Virus record (IMG/VR): IMGVR_UViG_3300045988_167206
Span: 108,686-172,685 of that record
Source: a virus
Length of the DNA stretch: 64,000 nt
Reading direction: 5' to 3' (one strand)
Notes under the pieces: generated by a model
Database searches by the model: none
What the model saw: the letters and a program-made list of their open reading frames with translations, nothing else
What the model was told of the DNA's origin: nothing
Translations under genes and position numbers: made by a program
In this document: in pieces, positions 34,781 through 43,839 of the stretch
Numbering within the stretch: the first letter of the stretch is position 1
How the letters are laid out: every line of letters begins with the position of its first letter

Positions 34781-34939
34781 ATGAAACGATGGGAAATTCA
34801 TGCAAGATCTATCATGAAAGATTTTTGTTTTCCGATGGCAAAGATTAATCAGGTGATTGACTATGCAAAGGCAATACCGAACGCAAGTAATGACATTAGA
34901 TTAAACTATGCTTGTCGCAAGGCAAGGGAATTGCTGTAA
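34781..34939 (+). CDS. hypothetical small protein (52 aa)
   Basis: Not in the ORF track. AAAGGAGAG SD. MKRWEIHARSIMKDF... Confidence 0.45.
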   Translation: MKRWEIHARSIMKDFCFPMAKINQVIDYAKAIPNASNDIRLNYACRKARELL

Positions 34940-35002
34940 TAAGATTCTAGTTACCATACAATAGTAAAAATTAAAAACACATAAAAGAAAGAGGTAGTAA
35001 AA

Positions 35003-36058
35003 ATGAAAATCAAAGAAATCGTAAGCACAATCATGGGAAACAAAGTAGTAGAGGCAGCAGTAGCAGCACCAGTACAGCTCTCTGTATACAACAAAGAAAC
35101 TGCGTACAATACAGTAATGGAAGATGCAAGAAAAATTGGTTTCAAGAAATTTGCATCAATTCCACTGGAACTTCTGGAGATCGACACTGATTATCAGCGT
35201 CTGTCAATAATTTCTAGAGACAAAATCAATTCTCTTGTAAGGGAATTTAATACAAACTTATGTGATCCAATCCTGGTATCACCACACCCGGAAACACATT
35301 CGTTTGCAGTAATTGATGGCAGTCATAGAATGGTTGCGTGTGAACTCAAGGGAATTAAAAATATTACGGCAGTTATTGCTGAAGGACTTCCGGCAGACCC
35401 TCACGAAAGGAAAATTGCAGAAGCAGTAATCTTCTGTGAGCAGGCTGTCAATATTGATCATCTATTGCCAGCTCATAAGCACAGAGCCAATGTTACTCGT
35501 GGAGTTAAGAAGTTCGTCATTCTTGATGAGTGTATGAACGGAAGAAACCTTTTACTTAATATCCATGAATTGAAAAATAAGACAAAAGAAGAACAGGACA
35601 AAATGAAAGCAGACGGATGGAGAGTATTATCTGGTTATTCTGCGGCTCTTACTGTGGCTGCTCGAACAAACGGAAAGGAAGTATTAACTGACGTTTTTGA
35701 TATTATTCAGAAATGTAATTGGCATATGGCAAAAAATGGATACGCTTCAAATGTAATACTTCCGATTGCGAGTATTCTTGGAATTCATAACAATGATCCA
35801 ATTACAGTAGGTGCAATCATCAAGCTCTTATCTACTATGGAACCAGATGCACTTTTTGCAAAAGCTCACGCACAGTTTCCGGAAAGAAAAGAAAAAGAAC
35901 GTATCATGATGTACATTGAGATCGAAACAGCGAAACTGTTAAATCGAGATCCTATCTATGTTGGTGGGGATCTTAGAAAGCTGCGTTATCAGTTAAACGA
36001 CAAGGTAACGAAGATGCCAACTGGAACAGACGGAACCGCGCCAGCTTTAACAAAATAA
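35003..36058 (+). CDS. ParB N-terminal (ParB/Srx) nuclease-domain protein
   Basis: LELLEIDTDYQR...FAVIDGSHRMVACELKG contains the DGxHR ParB-N signature. 351 aa. Confidence 0.7.
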   Translation: MKIKEIVSTIMGNKVVEAAVAAPVQLSVYNKETAYNTVMEDARKIGFKKFASIPLELLEIDTDYQRLSIISRDKINSLVREFNTNLCDPILVSPHPETHSFAVIDGSHRMVACELKGIKNITAVIAEGLPADPHERKIAEAVIFCEQAVNIDHLLPAHKHRANVTRGVKKFVILDECMNGRNLLLNIHELKNKTKEEQDKMKADGWRVLSGYSAALTVAARTNGKEVLTDVFDIIQKCNWHMAKNGYASNVILPIASILGIHNNDPITVGAIIKLLSTMEPDALFAKAHAQFPERKEKERIMMYIEIETAKLLNRDPIYVGGDLRKLRYQLNDKVTKMPTGTDGTAPALTK

Positions 36059-36061
36059 ATA

Positions 36062-36080
36062 AAGTAAGATTTAAAAATTA
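36062..36080 (+). promoter_or_regulatory. variant copy of conserved 15-mer
   Basis: AAGTAAGATTTAAAAATTA (one A-to-G change). Confidence 0.4.
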
Positions 36081-36092
36081 TTAAAATAACAC

Positions 36093-36121
36093 TTGCGTTT
36101 TAGATATGTAGGTGCTATTAT
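36093..36121 (+). promoter_or_regulatory. sigma-70-like promoter candidate (TTGCGT-17-TATTAT)
   Basis: Spacing read directly from the sequence. The spacer string TTTTAGATATGT recurs at 41245 and resembles the box in hairpin unit U1. Confidence 0.35.
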
Positions 36122-36133
36122 AATAATTAAATA

Positions 36134-36150
36134 AAGTAAAATTTAATAAT
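36134..36150 (+). promoter_or_regulatory. copy of conserved 15-mer
   Basis: AAGTAAAATTTAATAAT. 30 nt upstream of ATG 36180. Confidence 0.55.
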
Positions 36151-36179
36151 ATAAGAATAAAAGAAAGGAAATAGATATT

Positions 36180-36422
36180 ATGAAGACAACAGTAATCTTT
36201 CAGCATAAAACAGAGACATACAGAACAGCATCTGGCAAATTTTTGCCACTTATCCTTAAAGTAGTGACTGAGCCTGACGCAAGAGGAATACGGATTTCAA
36301 TATCTGGATATTCAAACCCACTTCCATTTAAAGAAGCGGTTATTGAATGTGAGAGTTATCCTATCAGTTCATGGATAGAGAAATTCGGATATCAGAAGAT
36401 CGCAGAATTTTACAAAGAATAA
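36180..36422 (+). CDS. hypothetical protein
   Basis: 80-aa ORF with AAAGGAAA SD. Confidence 0.55.
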   Translation: MKTTVIFQHKTETYRTASGKFLPLILKVVTEPDARGIRISISGYSNPLPFKEAVIECESYPISSWIEKFGYQKIAEFYKE

Positions 36423-36534
36423 CGATAAATAACGCTTTACGCGATATTTATATATGCAACACAAGTAACTATTAATCAAAGCAAACAGTTTTTGACTTGC
36501 TACCAAAACTGACTCTTACGTACACCCACAAATA

Positions 36535-36616
36535 CATCCTGTATCATGATCCAATTGAACGGTTCAACCTCTAGTCGAAGGTACGTTTTTCCAGATACGG
36601 AAATTGATGCAGGATG
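36535..36616 (+). other. long imperfect hairpin B1 (82 nt)
   Basis: CATCCTG-ATCA-AATT pairs with AATT-GAT-CAGGATG and encloses smaller hairpins. Confidence 0.5.
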
Positions 36617-36622
36617 TCATAT

Positions 36623-36709
36623 CAATAAGATAATTCAGCATCTTACTCATTGGTGGGGTGAAACCTAGACCCACCCTCCTTCTTATAAAGGTATTGAATT
36701 ATCTTATTG
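36623..36709 (+). other. long hairpin B2 (87 nt)
   Basis: 13-bp perfect closing stem AATAAGATAATTC/GAATTATCTTATT encloses GGTGGG-N12-CCCACC. Confidence 0.55.
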
Positions 36710-36717
36710 AGAGATAA

Positions 36718-36735
36718 AAGTAAAATTTAAAAATT
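36718..36735 (+). promoter_or_regulatory. copy of conserved 15-mer
   Basis: AAGTAAAATTTAAAAATTAAGGAG. 16 nt upstream of ATG 36751. Confidence 0.6.
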
Positions 36736-36750
36736 AAGGAGAACAAAGAA

Positions 36751-36873
36751 ATGAAAAGCAAAATCATTCCATTTCCAAAAGAAAAAGTAAAGGAACCCAA
36801 AACGTACCCTGGAGATAACAAAATTATTTATCTTAGAAGGGAATATTTCCAGAAAGGAGAGTATCACTCATGA
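36751..36873 (+). CDS. hypothetical small protein (40 aa)
   Basis: Not in the ORF track. AAGGAG SD. Its stop overlaps the next ATG (ATGA). Confidence 0.45.
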   Translation: MKSKIIPFPKEKVKEPKTYPGDNKIIYLRREYFQKGEYHS

Positions 36874-37157
36874 ATAAATATCTTTTTAAAATAGCAGATC
36901 TTCTGTTAGCTACGGAAAGTACAACGTTCAAAAATATTCAGGGAGCTTCTGGAACCACATATAATATAGAAGTAATTCGTACTCCAACGGATGTAGAAGT
37001 TTGGTCAATCGCACCTACGGAAACTATTTATACAGAATTTGATGCGATTATGGCTGCCTATGAAGAGCAGGAATATCTTCGTAGGAAACGATTACAACAG
37101 AAAAAGAAGAATAAAGTATCAATTTTAAATATCTTGTTTGGAAGGAGAGTAGCATAA
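36870..37157 (+). CDS. hypothetical protein
   Basis: 95-aa ORF with AAAGGAGAG SD. Confidence 0.6.
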   Translation: MNKYLFKIADLLLATESTTFKNIQGASGTTYNIEVIRTPTDVEVWSIAPTETIYTEFDAIMAAYEEQEYLRRKRLQQKKKNKVSILNILFGRRVA

Positions 37158-37795
37158 TGAAATTTATTGAAAAATTTTATGCAGAAGATAAATTTAGATC
37201 AAGTCCATTAGGCAAATGGTGTCCATATCAGTTAGGATATGAGCCAGGACCAGATCCAGAAAGAAAAAATGCAGGTAAATGTCCAGAAGTAGTAAAGGAT
37301 TATTCTTGCGCTACGTGTTGGAACAGAGAAATACCAGAAGAAAAAGAAACAACAGAATCTAAAGAAAACACACCATCAAATCCATTTCCAGGCTTTGAAA
37401 TCAACGATGTTGTGCAGTTAAGAAATGGAAAGTTATGCATCGTATTGCCTAATAATGCATCTGAGAATAATAAAAGCTTATTTTATAAATATGACATAAG
37501 AGAAGCAGGATATGGATCTGGACTGAGCTGTGTAAGTCATTGCTGTGATTATACAGACAATATTTATAATAATAAGTCATATAACTATGATGTTGTTAAG
37601 TTATGGAGATCTGATTCTGAAAATGCTTTAATGACTATCGGATATTTCTTCAATAAAGAATCAAATCTTAAAACAATCAAACCAATCTGGCAGGAACAGC
37701 CAACAAAGAAAATGACACTTAAAGAAATTGAACAGAAGCTTGGATATTCAGTAGAAATTGTAGAAGAATCAGAGAAGGAAGACGAAGATGAATGA
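37157..37795 (+). CDS. hypothetical protein
   Basis: 212-aa ORF with a start/stop overlap. Confidence 0.7.
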   Translation: MKFIEKFYAEDKFRSSPLGKWCPYQLGYEPGPDPERKNAGKCPEVVKDYSCATCWNREIPEEKETTESKENTPSNPFPGFEINDVVQLRNGKLCIVLPNNASENNKSLFYKYDIREAGYGSGLSCVSHCCDYTDNIYNNKSYNYDVVKLWRSDSENALMTIGYFFNKESNLKTIKPIWQEQPTKKMTLKEIEQKLGYSVEIVEESEKEDEDE

Positions 37796-38450
37796 TATAT
37801 GTACATTCTTAGGATTTGCACCAGCACTTGCGGATCAAATACTTTCATACAAAGATAAATTTGATGCCGTCTACATTGATCATGGTCAGATGATCCTGGT
37901 GAGCAAAGATACATATTCAGCGGAAGCGGATGGAGAACTTCCGGCATTTGAGTACAAGTATATCTTAAACTGCTTTGATTTTCAGGCTTTTGGAGCTGAT
38001 CGAAGCGAAATTGTAGTTCAATGTAGATTATGCCCATTACAAAAATACATCAACAAAGAGAAACTTTCAGAACTATTAGAATCAGTTAACGGAGAAGTTT
38101 ATGATGAAGATTTCTACTTCGAAGATATGGCAAGCACAGGAATTCTCCCATGTTTAGGAACAGAATATATCAGCTATGATCCAGAAAAAGTTCCAGAAAA
38201 TAAATACGGAAATCGTTGGTATGATTATTATTATAATCTTACTGATAACAAGGACTTTGTACTGATGTTGAACGTGGCAGCCACAGTATTAAATTGCATC
38301 GATGCTATGCGCGGAGAGTTTATTGATAATGTATGGAACCAGATTGGAAACACTGGTTGGGATAACTTGAATTACCTTCTCAATGGTAGAGACTGGTTGA
38401 ATGCAGCACTTAGAAGAATCAAAAACAATGAAAGCGAGGAAGATAAATAA
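37788..38450 (+). CDS. hypothetical protein
   Basis: 220-aa ORF overlapping the upstream stop. Confidence 0.7.
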   Translation: MNDICTFLGFAPALADQILSYKDKFDAVYIDHGQMILVSKDTYSAEADGELPAFEYKYILNCFDFQAFGADRSEIVVQCRLCPLQKYINKEKLSELLESVNGEVYDEDFYFEDMASTGILPCLGTEYISYDPEKVPENKYGNRWYDYYYNLTDNKDFVLMLNVAATVLNCIDAMRGEFIDNVWNQIGNTGWDNLNYLLNGRDWLNAALRRIKNNESEEDK

Positions 38451-38451
38451 A

Positions 38452-38778
38452 ATGATGAATCCAGATCCAAAGGAATATAACTACGATGATTGCAAACTGA
38501 AATTTTACAGAGGGAAATATGAATTCGGTGGTGGAACTGCGCTGATGGCTATTTGTGATACCGGAGAACCATATGCAACTATCTCTGTAAATTTTGATGA
38601 AGTAAAAATCCCAAAGGATCACATCTTCCTCGACATGAATAACTGCAAGCATTTATGTCAGCAGATGATTGATGATGGTTTACTTGAACTGACCGGGTTG
38701 CAACGTCCATCAGGATTCTGCATTTATCCGGCGGCCAGAATGACAGACAAGCTCAAAGAGATTCTGGAAGATTTTTAA
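38452..38778 (+). CDS. hypothetical protein
   Basis: ORF track 38401..38778 trimmed to ATG 38452 (GAGGAAG upstream). Confidence 0.6.
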   Translation: MMNPDPKEYNYDDCKLKFYRGKYEFGGGTALMAICDTGEPYATISVNFDEVKIPKDHIFLDMNNCKHLCQQMIDDGLLELTGLQRPSGFCIYPAARMTDKLKEILEDF

Positions 38779-38792
38779 ATTATAATCATATA

Positions 38793-38810
38793 AAGTAAAA
38801 TTTAAAATAA
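38793..38810 (+). promoter_or_regulatory. copy of conserved 15-mer
   Basis: AAGTAAAATTTAAAATAA. 50 nt upstream of ATG 38860. Confidence 0.55.
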
Positions 38811-38859
38811 ATCAAAAAAATGAATCAAACTTTAAGGACGGAAAGGAAGTTGATACAAA

Positions 38860-39069
38860 ATGAGAAGAAGAACTGTTGTGGTTAAGAGCAGGAGAATTGC
38901 CTGGATGTTAAGGAAGGAGGGATATAGGATTATCAAGATAGCTCCAGACAGATTTAGACCTCAATTCAACATTTTTATCTTCCAAAACGAACCTGGACTT
39001 GGAAAATCTTTAAAGAAATATATCGAGGAAACTGAAGAATATAGAAGAGTCAGGGATCAGAAAAAATGA
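38860..39069 (+). CDS. small basic protein (DUF5659-like pattern)
   Basis: 69 aa. VKSRRIAWMLRKEGYRIIKIAPDRFRPQFNIFIFQNEPGL resembles a family common in Firmicutes phages, recalled from memory only. Confidence 0.45.
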   Translation: MRRRTVVVKSRRIAWMLRKEGYRIIKIAPDRFRPQFNIFIFQNEPGLGKSLKKYIEETEEYRRVRDQKK

Positions 39070-39091
39070 TGAACTGAAAGGACGTAACGAA

Positions 39092-40027
39092 ATGAGTGCA
39101 CACAATGAAGAATTTGACCGTAGCAAATGTTTTACCTTCTTTGAATCATATTACACTACAGGTAAGATGATTGAAGAAATAAAAGGTAAAGATATCGCTT
39201 ACGAATATTATAAAGCGATTATTGAGTATGCTTTATACAAAAAACCGATAGAGAATAAAGAAATACTTCTCTATGCAGGTGGAGACACCGCCCTTAGAGT
39301 AATTGATTCATCTCAAGAAAGACGAGCGAGAGGTTTTGGTGAGAACACAGAAAGAACTCAAGCAATTATAGAATTTGTCAGAGATCATCCTGGAGTATCA
39401 CAAAATGAAGTCGCTGCTCAAGTACATTGCAGTAAAGGAAAAGTAAACCAGGCTCTGAAAAATTTCAGAGAAGGAAAATATGTAGACACATTCGATTTCA
39501 ATATCATCATAAATGGTAAGGAGTACCGCTCAGATGGTCAGGTCGTGACCGATCAATCAGAGAGCGAATATGAAGTGATTGATGATGGTACCGAAGATAG
39601 TACCGCTATGGTACCCGGTACTTATATACATACTGATACTGATAATGATATTGATAATGATAGTACTGACCGGTACCGGTACCGCGATGCGGATAGCCGT
39701 ATAGCCGGATCAGTCACAGAGAGTCGCTGCGCTCCAGAGATCGCTGACGCTCCGATCGCTAACGCTCAAAAAGATCCTGAACGAGAAAAGAAGAGGGAAG
39801 AGAATCTTAATCACTTCAAATCTCTTGATTATGGTGGAATCATGTCAAATGAACTGATCCCTGAAGTTTGTGAAGCTCAGTATGCAAGAGAAGAGTATGA
39901 GGATGAAACTATAGATGAGAAAAGAGAACGCTTAATGAAATTTCTTACAGGTGGTTTTGTTCGGGCAAAAAAAGAATTTGCAGAGGAGCTTGTTGACACA
40001 GTTATTACCGGTAACGGTAGGTTATAA
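39092..40027 (+). CDS. putative DNA-binding protein (winged-helix segment; acidic repeat region)
   Basis: 311 aa. FVRDHPGVSQNEVAAQVHCSKGKVNQALKNF looks like an HTH. D/N-rich low-complexity tract DTDNDIDNDSTDRYRYRDADS. Confidence 0.55.
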   Translation: MSAHNEEFDRSKCFTFFESYYTTGKMIEEIKGKDIAYEYYKAIIEYALYKKPIENKEILLYAGGDTALRVIDSSQERRARGFGENTERTQAIIEFVRDHPGVSQNEVAAQVHCSKGKVNQALKNFREGKYVDTFDFNIIINGKEYRSDGQVVTDQSESEYEVIDDGTEDSTAMVPGTYIHTDTDNDIDNDSTDRYRYRDADSRIAGSVTESRCAPEIADAPIANAQKDPEREKKREENLNHFKSLDYGGIMSNELIPEVCEAQYAREEYEDETIDEKRERLMKFLTGGFVRAKKEFAEELVDTVITGNGRL

Positions 40028-40040
40028 AAAGGAGATAGAA

Positions 40041-40196
40041 ATAACGTTACTTAAGATAATTATAGTATTAATTGCTTTCCCACTTGGATTTTTTCTGATC
40101 GGAAGGCATTACTCGATACAAGATAAATTGCTTGCAGTATTCACTGTGTGGCTTTCATTATGTGTGGTAACAGAAAATATACGGTATTTGATATAG
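40041..40196 (+). CDS. small membrane protein, apparent ATA start
   Basis: Frame of track ORF 39951..40196. AAAAAGGAG, then 6 nt, then ATA at 40041, just after the upstream stop (40027). No ATG/GTG/TTG is available. TM-like LLKIIIVLIAFPLGFFLIG. Confidence 0.35.
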   Translation: MTLLKIIIVLIAFPLGFFLIGRHYSIQDKLLAVFTVWLSLCVVTENIRYLI

Positions 40197-40204
40197 AGGA
40201 GAAA

Positions 40205-40369
40205 ATGTTAATGAATAAGTCATTATCAGAATTAACAAGAAATGAATTATTTGCCGTTTTGTTGTGTGGAGAACGACCAAAGGAAGGATTTACTCTGAAT
40301 GATTATGCAAAAGAATGGAATCTTAGAGTTGAACAAGAGGGTGGATTTGAGATTTCCGCATCCGATTGA
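40205..40369 (+). CDS. hypothetical small protein
   Basis: Track ORF trimmed to ATG 40205 (AGAGGAGAA upstream). Confidence 0.5.
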   Translation: MLMNKSLSELTRNELFAVLLCGERPKEGFTLNDYAKEWNLRVEQEGGFEISASD

Positions 40370-40380
40370 AAGGAGTTATT

Positions 40381-40554
40381 ATGTCAAAGAAAAATAAGCC
40401 AAGATGGAAAGAGTTAAATATGTATGAGCAGCTTGCTAGACGACATAAACAGAACGGTGGATCTGAATATATGGTTAATTGGCTTCACGAGAAAGCAAGA
40501 GAAAAAGAACAGGAAGAAAAACGAAAGGTGGAAATGAATAATGAAGAAATTTAG
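40381..40554 (+). CDS. hypothetical small basic protein
   Basis: Track ORF trimmed to ATG 40381 (AAAGGAG upstream). Confidence 0.5.
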   Translation: MSKKNKPRWKELNMYEQLARRHKQNGGSEYMVNWLHEKAREKEQEEKRKVEMNNEEI

Positions 40555-40912
40555 CATTGAATATCACGAAACTTATGGAAGAACATATGAAATTGAAGCC
40601 AATTCACCAGAAGAAGCAGAAGAAATTTTAAAAGAAAGAATTAGAGAAGGAATGGAAGATCCACCAGAAGAATGTGAAAATAGCTGGTGTGATAATATCC
40701 AGAAAATGAAAGAAACTAATATTTATGTATCAATAGAAGATAAATTAGAGGAAATTATTTCCAATGAATCTGTTGACATGATAGAAGAATTTCTTGGATA
40801 TGAATTAACATTTACCGCACCAGAAGATATACATAGTCAAGTAAGAGATACTTTAGATCAGATGCCAGAAGAAGAACTTCTTTTATGGGAAGAAAAATAT
40901 AATTTACTTTAG
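40541..40912 (+). CDS. hypothetical acidic protein
   Basis: 123 aa. The C-terminal IEEFLGYE...MPEEELLLWEEKY module is paralogous to 43840..44031. Confidence 0.6.
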   Translation: MKKFSIEYHETYGRTYEIEANSPEEAEEILKERIREGMEDPPEECENSWCDNIQKMKETNIYVSIEDKLEEIISNESVDMIEEFLGYELTFTAPEDIHSQVRDTLDQMPEEELLLWEEKYNLL

Positions 40913-40944
40913 ATGAAAGAGATATTTCAAGATGAGGTGGAAAA

Positions 40945-41214
40945 ATGGATAATAAAGAAAAGATTTCTTTTAAAAATAAAAATATTTTTTGCCAAAATGA
41001 CAAAGAAATTATAGAAATATTAAATGAAGCAGAAAAACGTGGGTATAAATGGAGATCAGGAATTGAACCACTGAAATATATTCCAAAAACAATTTGTGAT
41101 GGATTAGGAGTAATTTTATTTTTCGATAGAGATGGATCAAAAGTAATTACGTTTTTAGATAGTTATTTTAAAGAAACAAATCTTGATGTAATTTTGGCAA
41201 AAAATATTATCTAA
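40945..41214 (+). CDS. hypothetical protein
   Basis: 89-aa ORF with GAGGTGGA SD. Confidence 0.55.
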   Translation: MDNKEKISFKNKNIFCQNDKEIIEILNEAEKRGYKWRSGIEPLKYIPKTICDGLGVILFFDRDGSKVITFLDSYFKETNLDVILAKNII

Positions 41215-41312
41215 ATTTGAATGGATAGTGTAAAAAGTAACTAATACGATTTTAGATATATGTGCAGAATATGTAGAAGAATGAAACAAGAGTTTCAGGA
41301 GGTGGAAGTTAT

Positions 41313-41570
41313 ATGGACAAAGAGAAATTTATGGAAGAACTAGAGAATAAAGCTGCAGCAGCTATAAAATATGCATTGAAAAATGCAAAGAAAGCTGAAG
41401 ATGAAAACGATAAAGCCGCCATTCTTAATATAGAATTTTGGATAGGACAATATCAGGCTTATAAATCTTTAATGAATGATTTAGACCATGAAAAATATGT
41501 TGAATTACATCGCAAATACAGAAATGAATTTACTGAATGTCAATGTGTAATTTATGAGTTATATCATTAA
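41313..41570 (+). CDS. hypothetical protein
   Basis: 85-aa ORF with AGGAGGTGGA SD. Confidence 0.6.
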   Translation: MDKEKFMEELENKAAAAIKYALKNAKKAEDENDKAAILNIEFWIGQYQAYKSLMNDLDHEKYVELHRKYRNEFTECQCVIYELYH

Positions 41571-41584
41571 GAGGTGAAAAATAA

Positions 41585-41803
41585 ATGAAAATATATGTAT
41601 TAGAAGAATACAACACAGGGCGCACTGCTTGCATATCAGAAGATATTAACATGATAAGAAAGAAAATGTGTGACAAAACTTATTTTGATCCACAATATAA
41701 TGATTACCCAATTTTAACAATCTGGGAAAATGGAGATAGCATTGAGAAAATAGAAGGCAGTAATGTATTGAAGAAAATTGCAGAAGAAATTAACAAATTA
41801 TAA
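41585..41803 (+). CDS. hypothetical protein
   Basis: 72-aa ORF with GAGGTGA SD. Confidence 0.55.
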   Translation: MKIYVLEEYNTGRTACISEDINMIRKKMCDKTYFDPQYNDYPILTIWENGDSIEKIEGSNVLKKIAEEINKL

Positions 41804-41828
41804 TATAAAAGAAGAATTGGAGGAAATT

Positions 41829-41981
41829 ATGAGAAGTATTTCGAGTGCGATAATTAGTTTGACTTGTTGGTATATTCTTGCGAATATGAATACTACACAA
41901 GTTGATATGAGATCATTTTTAGCCATGATGTCACTTGTAATGTTAGTAATAGCAATTATATTAATGATTTTTGGACTTTAA
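41829..41981 (+). CDS. small two-TM membrane protein (50 aa)
   Basis: Track ORF trimmed to ATG 41829 (TGGAGGAA upstream). Hydrophobic segments AIISLTCWYILA and LAMMSLVMLVIAIILMIFGL. Confidence 0.5.
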   Translation: MRSISSAIISLTCWYILANMNTTQVDMRSFLAMMSLVMLVIAIILMIFGL

Positions 41982-42014
41982 TGAAATGATGATTTCAGGA
42001 TTGGAGAAAATATT

Positions 42015-42317
42015 ATGACATTTAAAGAATGGTTAAAAGAGGCTGTAAGTAAAAGAAGTGATGATTATAAAAATCTTCTTCCAGAATTAGAATTAATAGA
42101 TGGTACAAAATTGTCAGTGCAGGCATCAGAATTTCATATGTGTATGCCAAGAAAGAAATTAAAAGACGGAAATTATGATAGTGTTGAGGTGTATACACAT
42201 GGAGTTGAAATTAAAGAGTTAAATGAAATGTTCTGGGAGATGTCTCCATATGTTTATGGATATGTATCAGTAGAATTTATGGAAACATTATGTATGCTAC
42301 ACGGTGGTATTAGATGA
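42015..42317 (+). CDS. hypothetical protein
   Basis: 100-aa ORF with TGGAGAA SD. Confidence 0.6.
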   Translation: MTFKEWLKEAVSKRSDDYKNLLPELELIDGTKLSVQASEFHMCMPRKKLKDGNYDSVEVYTHGVEIKELNEMFWEMSPYVYGYVSVEFMETLCMLHGGIR

Positions 42318-42409
42318 AATTCTTTTGTTGTAACTGTATGGCAGGAATTGATAGAGGGTATGATCAGTCACCACATGGATTAATTGATGCATGGAATAAG
42401 AGAGTATAA
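42314..42409 (+). CDS. 31-aa peptide with Lar-like C-terminus (C-x2-C ... AWNKR)
   Basis: Not in the ORF track. MKFFCCNCMAGIDRGYDQSPHGLIDAWNKRV. The ...AWN(K/R)R ending is typical of Lar-family restriction-alleviation proteins, but the first Cys pair and N-terminal half are missing. Confidence 0.3.
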   Translation: MKFFCCNCMAGIDRGYDQSPHGLIDAWNKRV

Positions 42410-42421
42410 GGAGAAATTATA

Positions 42422-42643
42422 ATGGATGGAAATATATTTGCGGTATATACAAAAGAAGATAAGAATATTGGAATGTGTGCAATAGCAGAAAAGATTCCTA
42501 AAAGTAATAATCTTGTAAGTTATTTTAAGAGTTGTGTTACATTCAATGTATTCGATACATGGAAAGAAGCAAAAGAAATAGAGAAAGAGTGGAATATCGG
42601 ATTCTTAAAGAATGGGGAACAGAAACATTATTCGGAATGGTAA
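42422..42643 (+). CDS. hypothetical protein
   Basis: 73-aa ORF with AAGGAGAA SD. Confidence 0.55.
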   Translation: MDGNIFAVYTKEDKNIGMCAIAEKIPKSNNLVSYFKSCVTFNVFDTWKEAKEIEKEWNIGFLKNGEQKHYSEW

Positions 42644-42682
42644 ATAAAATAAAATTTTATGAAGGAAGTGTAAATAAGTTGT

Positions 42683-42826
42683 ATGGATTTTTTAGAAGAG
42701 AAATGGATTAAAGATGGTTGTCATATTGATGAAACGCCAGATTATGAAATGGAAGATAAAGAAAGATTAAAAGATGCGTTACGTGCATTAGATAGAACAC
42801 TTGACAATTTCAAAAATAGAAAGTGA
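42683..42826 (+). CDS. hypothetical small protein (47 aa)
   Basis: Not in the ORF track. ORF fills a gap, but the SD is distant. Confidence 0.35.
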   Translation: MDFLEEKWIKDGCHIDETPDYEMEDKERLKDALRALDRTLDNFKNRK

Positions 42827-42836
42827 GGAATAAAAC

Positions 42837-43058
42837 ATAAAAGTAGAATTAAATCAGATATTTACAGTAAACAAAGGAAACAGAACGGTTAAATGGAAAG
42901 TTATAGAACATCCGTATTTTGATAGATTGATACTTGTCAAAGATTACTCTGGGTTATACGGAAGAATGAAAAATGGAGTTTGTAAGGAAGATTATAACCA
43001 TGTAAACGGATATACAACTTTAGAAACGGCTTATGAAGATGCTTTTATTATGAGTTAA
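42837..43058 (+). CDS. hypothetical protein (73 codons) with apparent ATA start
   Basis: Open frame bounded upstream by TAA. GAGGA, then 7 nt, then ATA at 42837. The first canonical start is far inside the frame. The frame fills an otherwise empty 220-nt gap. Confidence 0.4.
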   Translation: MKVELNQIFTVNKGNRTVKWKVIEHPYFDRLILVKDYSGLYGRMKNGVCKEDYNHVNGYTTLETAYEDAFIMS

Positions 43059-43099
43059 TGAAACGATAATTTCAGGTTGAGAAAGGTTAGGTAATTATA

Positions 43100-43285
43100 A
43101 TGACAGTCGAAGACGTAATTAAAAAAGAAACAAATGTAAAAAGAATTGGTTTCAGAAGTATTCGGAATGGTAAAATTATTGAGTATTATAAAAAACCAAG
43201 TGATATCCCGAAGAATAAGATGTGCCAAGCCACACCAGGATATATAAATATTTATGGATATTTAACAATTGATGTTCATTTTTAA
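43100..43285 (+). CDS. hypothetical protein
   Basis: 61-aa ORF with AAAGGTTAGG SD. Confidence 0.5.
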   Translation: MTVEDVIKKETNVKRIGFRSIRNGKIIEYYKKPSDIPKNKMCQATPGYINIYGYLTIDVHF

Positions 43286-43303
43286 GAAGGAGAAAATCTT
43301 GTA

Positions 43304-43822
43304 ATGACAACAGAACGAACAAAACTTAGAGGATATGAAGTAGTTTTCTACCATAAAGGTTATAGACTTCATGCCGGAAATCCAAAAATTTTTCCGGTCC
43401 GAAAACCATCCGAAATATACAAGAAACATTATGAGGAATATCCATGGTTCGACCACGAATTATGCATTGAAGAAACAGAATATGAAGGCGTTCCATTGAG
43501 TCCATACAATACTTATAACGGAAGGGATATCATTGACAGAGAACACTATTTTGGCCTTGATGCTTGTGAAATTGGTGATTATTTTTCAAGAGATATGATT
43601 AATTATTTTATGGATATGCTTCCACCAGCTTGTATGAGAAGCGATTGTTTCCAGATGGGAGAACCTGTTTCGCATAAACTTAACGATAATGGAAAATATG
43701 CAGCAACGTATCCGACATTTAAACAAATCTCAGAAGATATTTGGGAATATTGTGGAGATTGTTTTAGAGGAGAAAATTCTCAACATGGACAAAGAATAAT
43801 GGCTCCATATGTTTATATTTAA
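43304..43822 (+). CDS. hypothetical protein
   Basis: 172-aa ORF with AAGGAGAA SD. Confidence 0.7.
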   Translation: MTTERTKLRGYEVVFYHKGYRLHAGNPKIFPVRKPSEIYKKHYEEYPWFDHELCIEETEYEGVPLSPYNTYNGRDIIDREHYFGLDACEIGDYFSRDMINYFMDMLPPACMRSDCFQMGEPVSHKLNDNGKYAATYPTFKQISEDIWEYCGDCFRGENSQHGQRIMAPYVYI

Positions 43823-43839
43823 GGAAGAAGGAGATTAAC

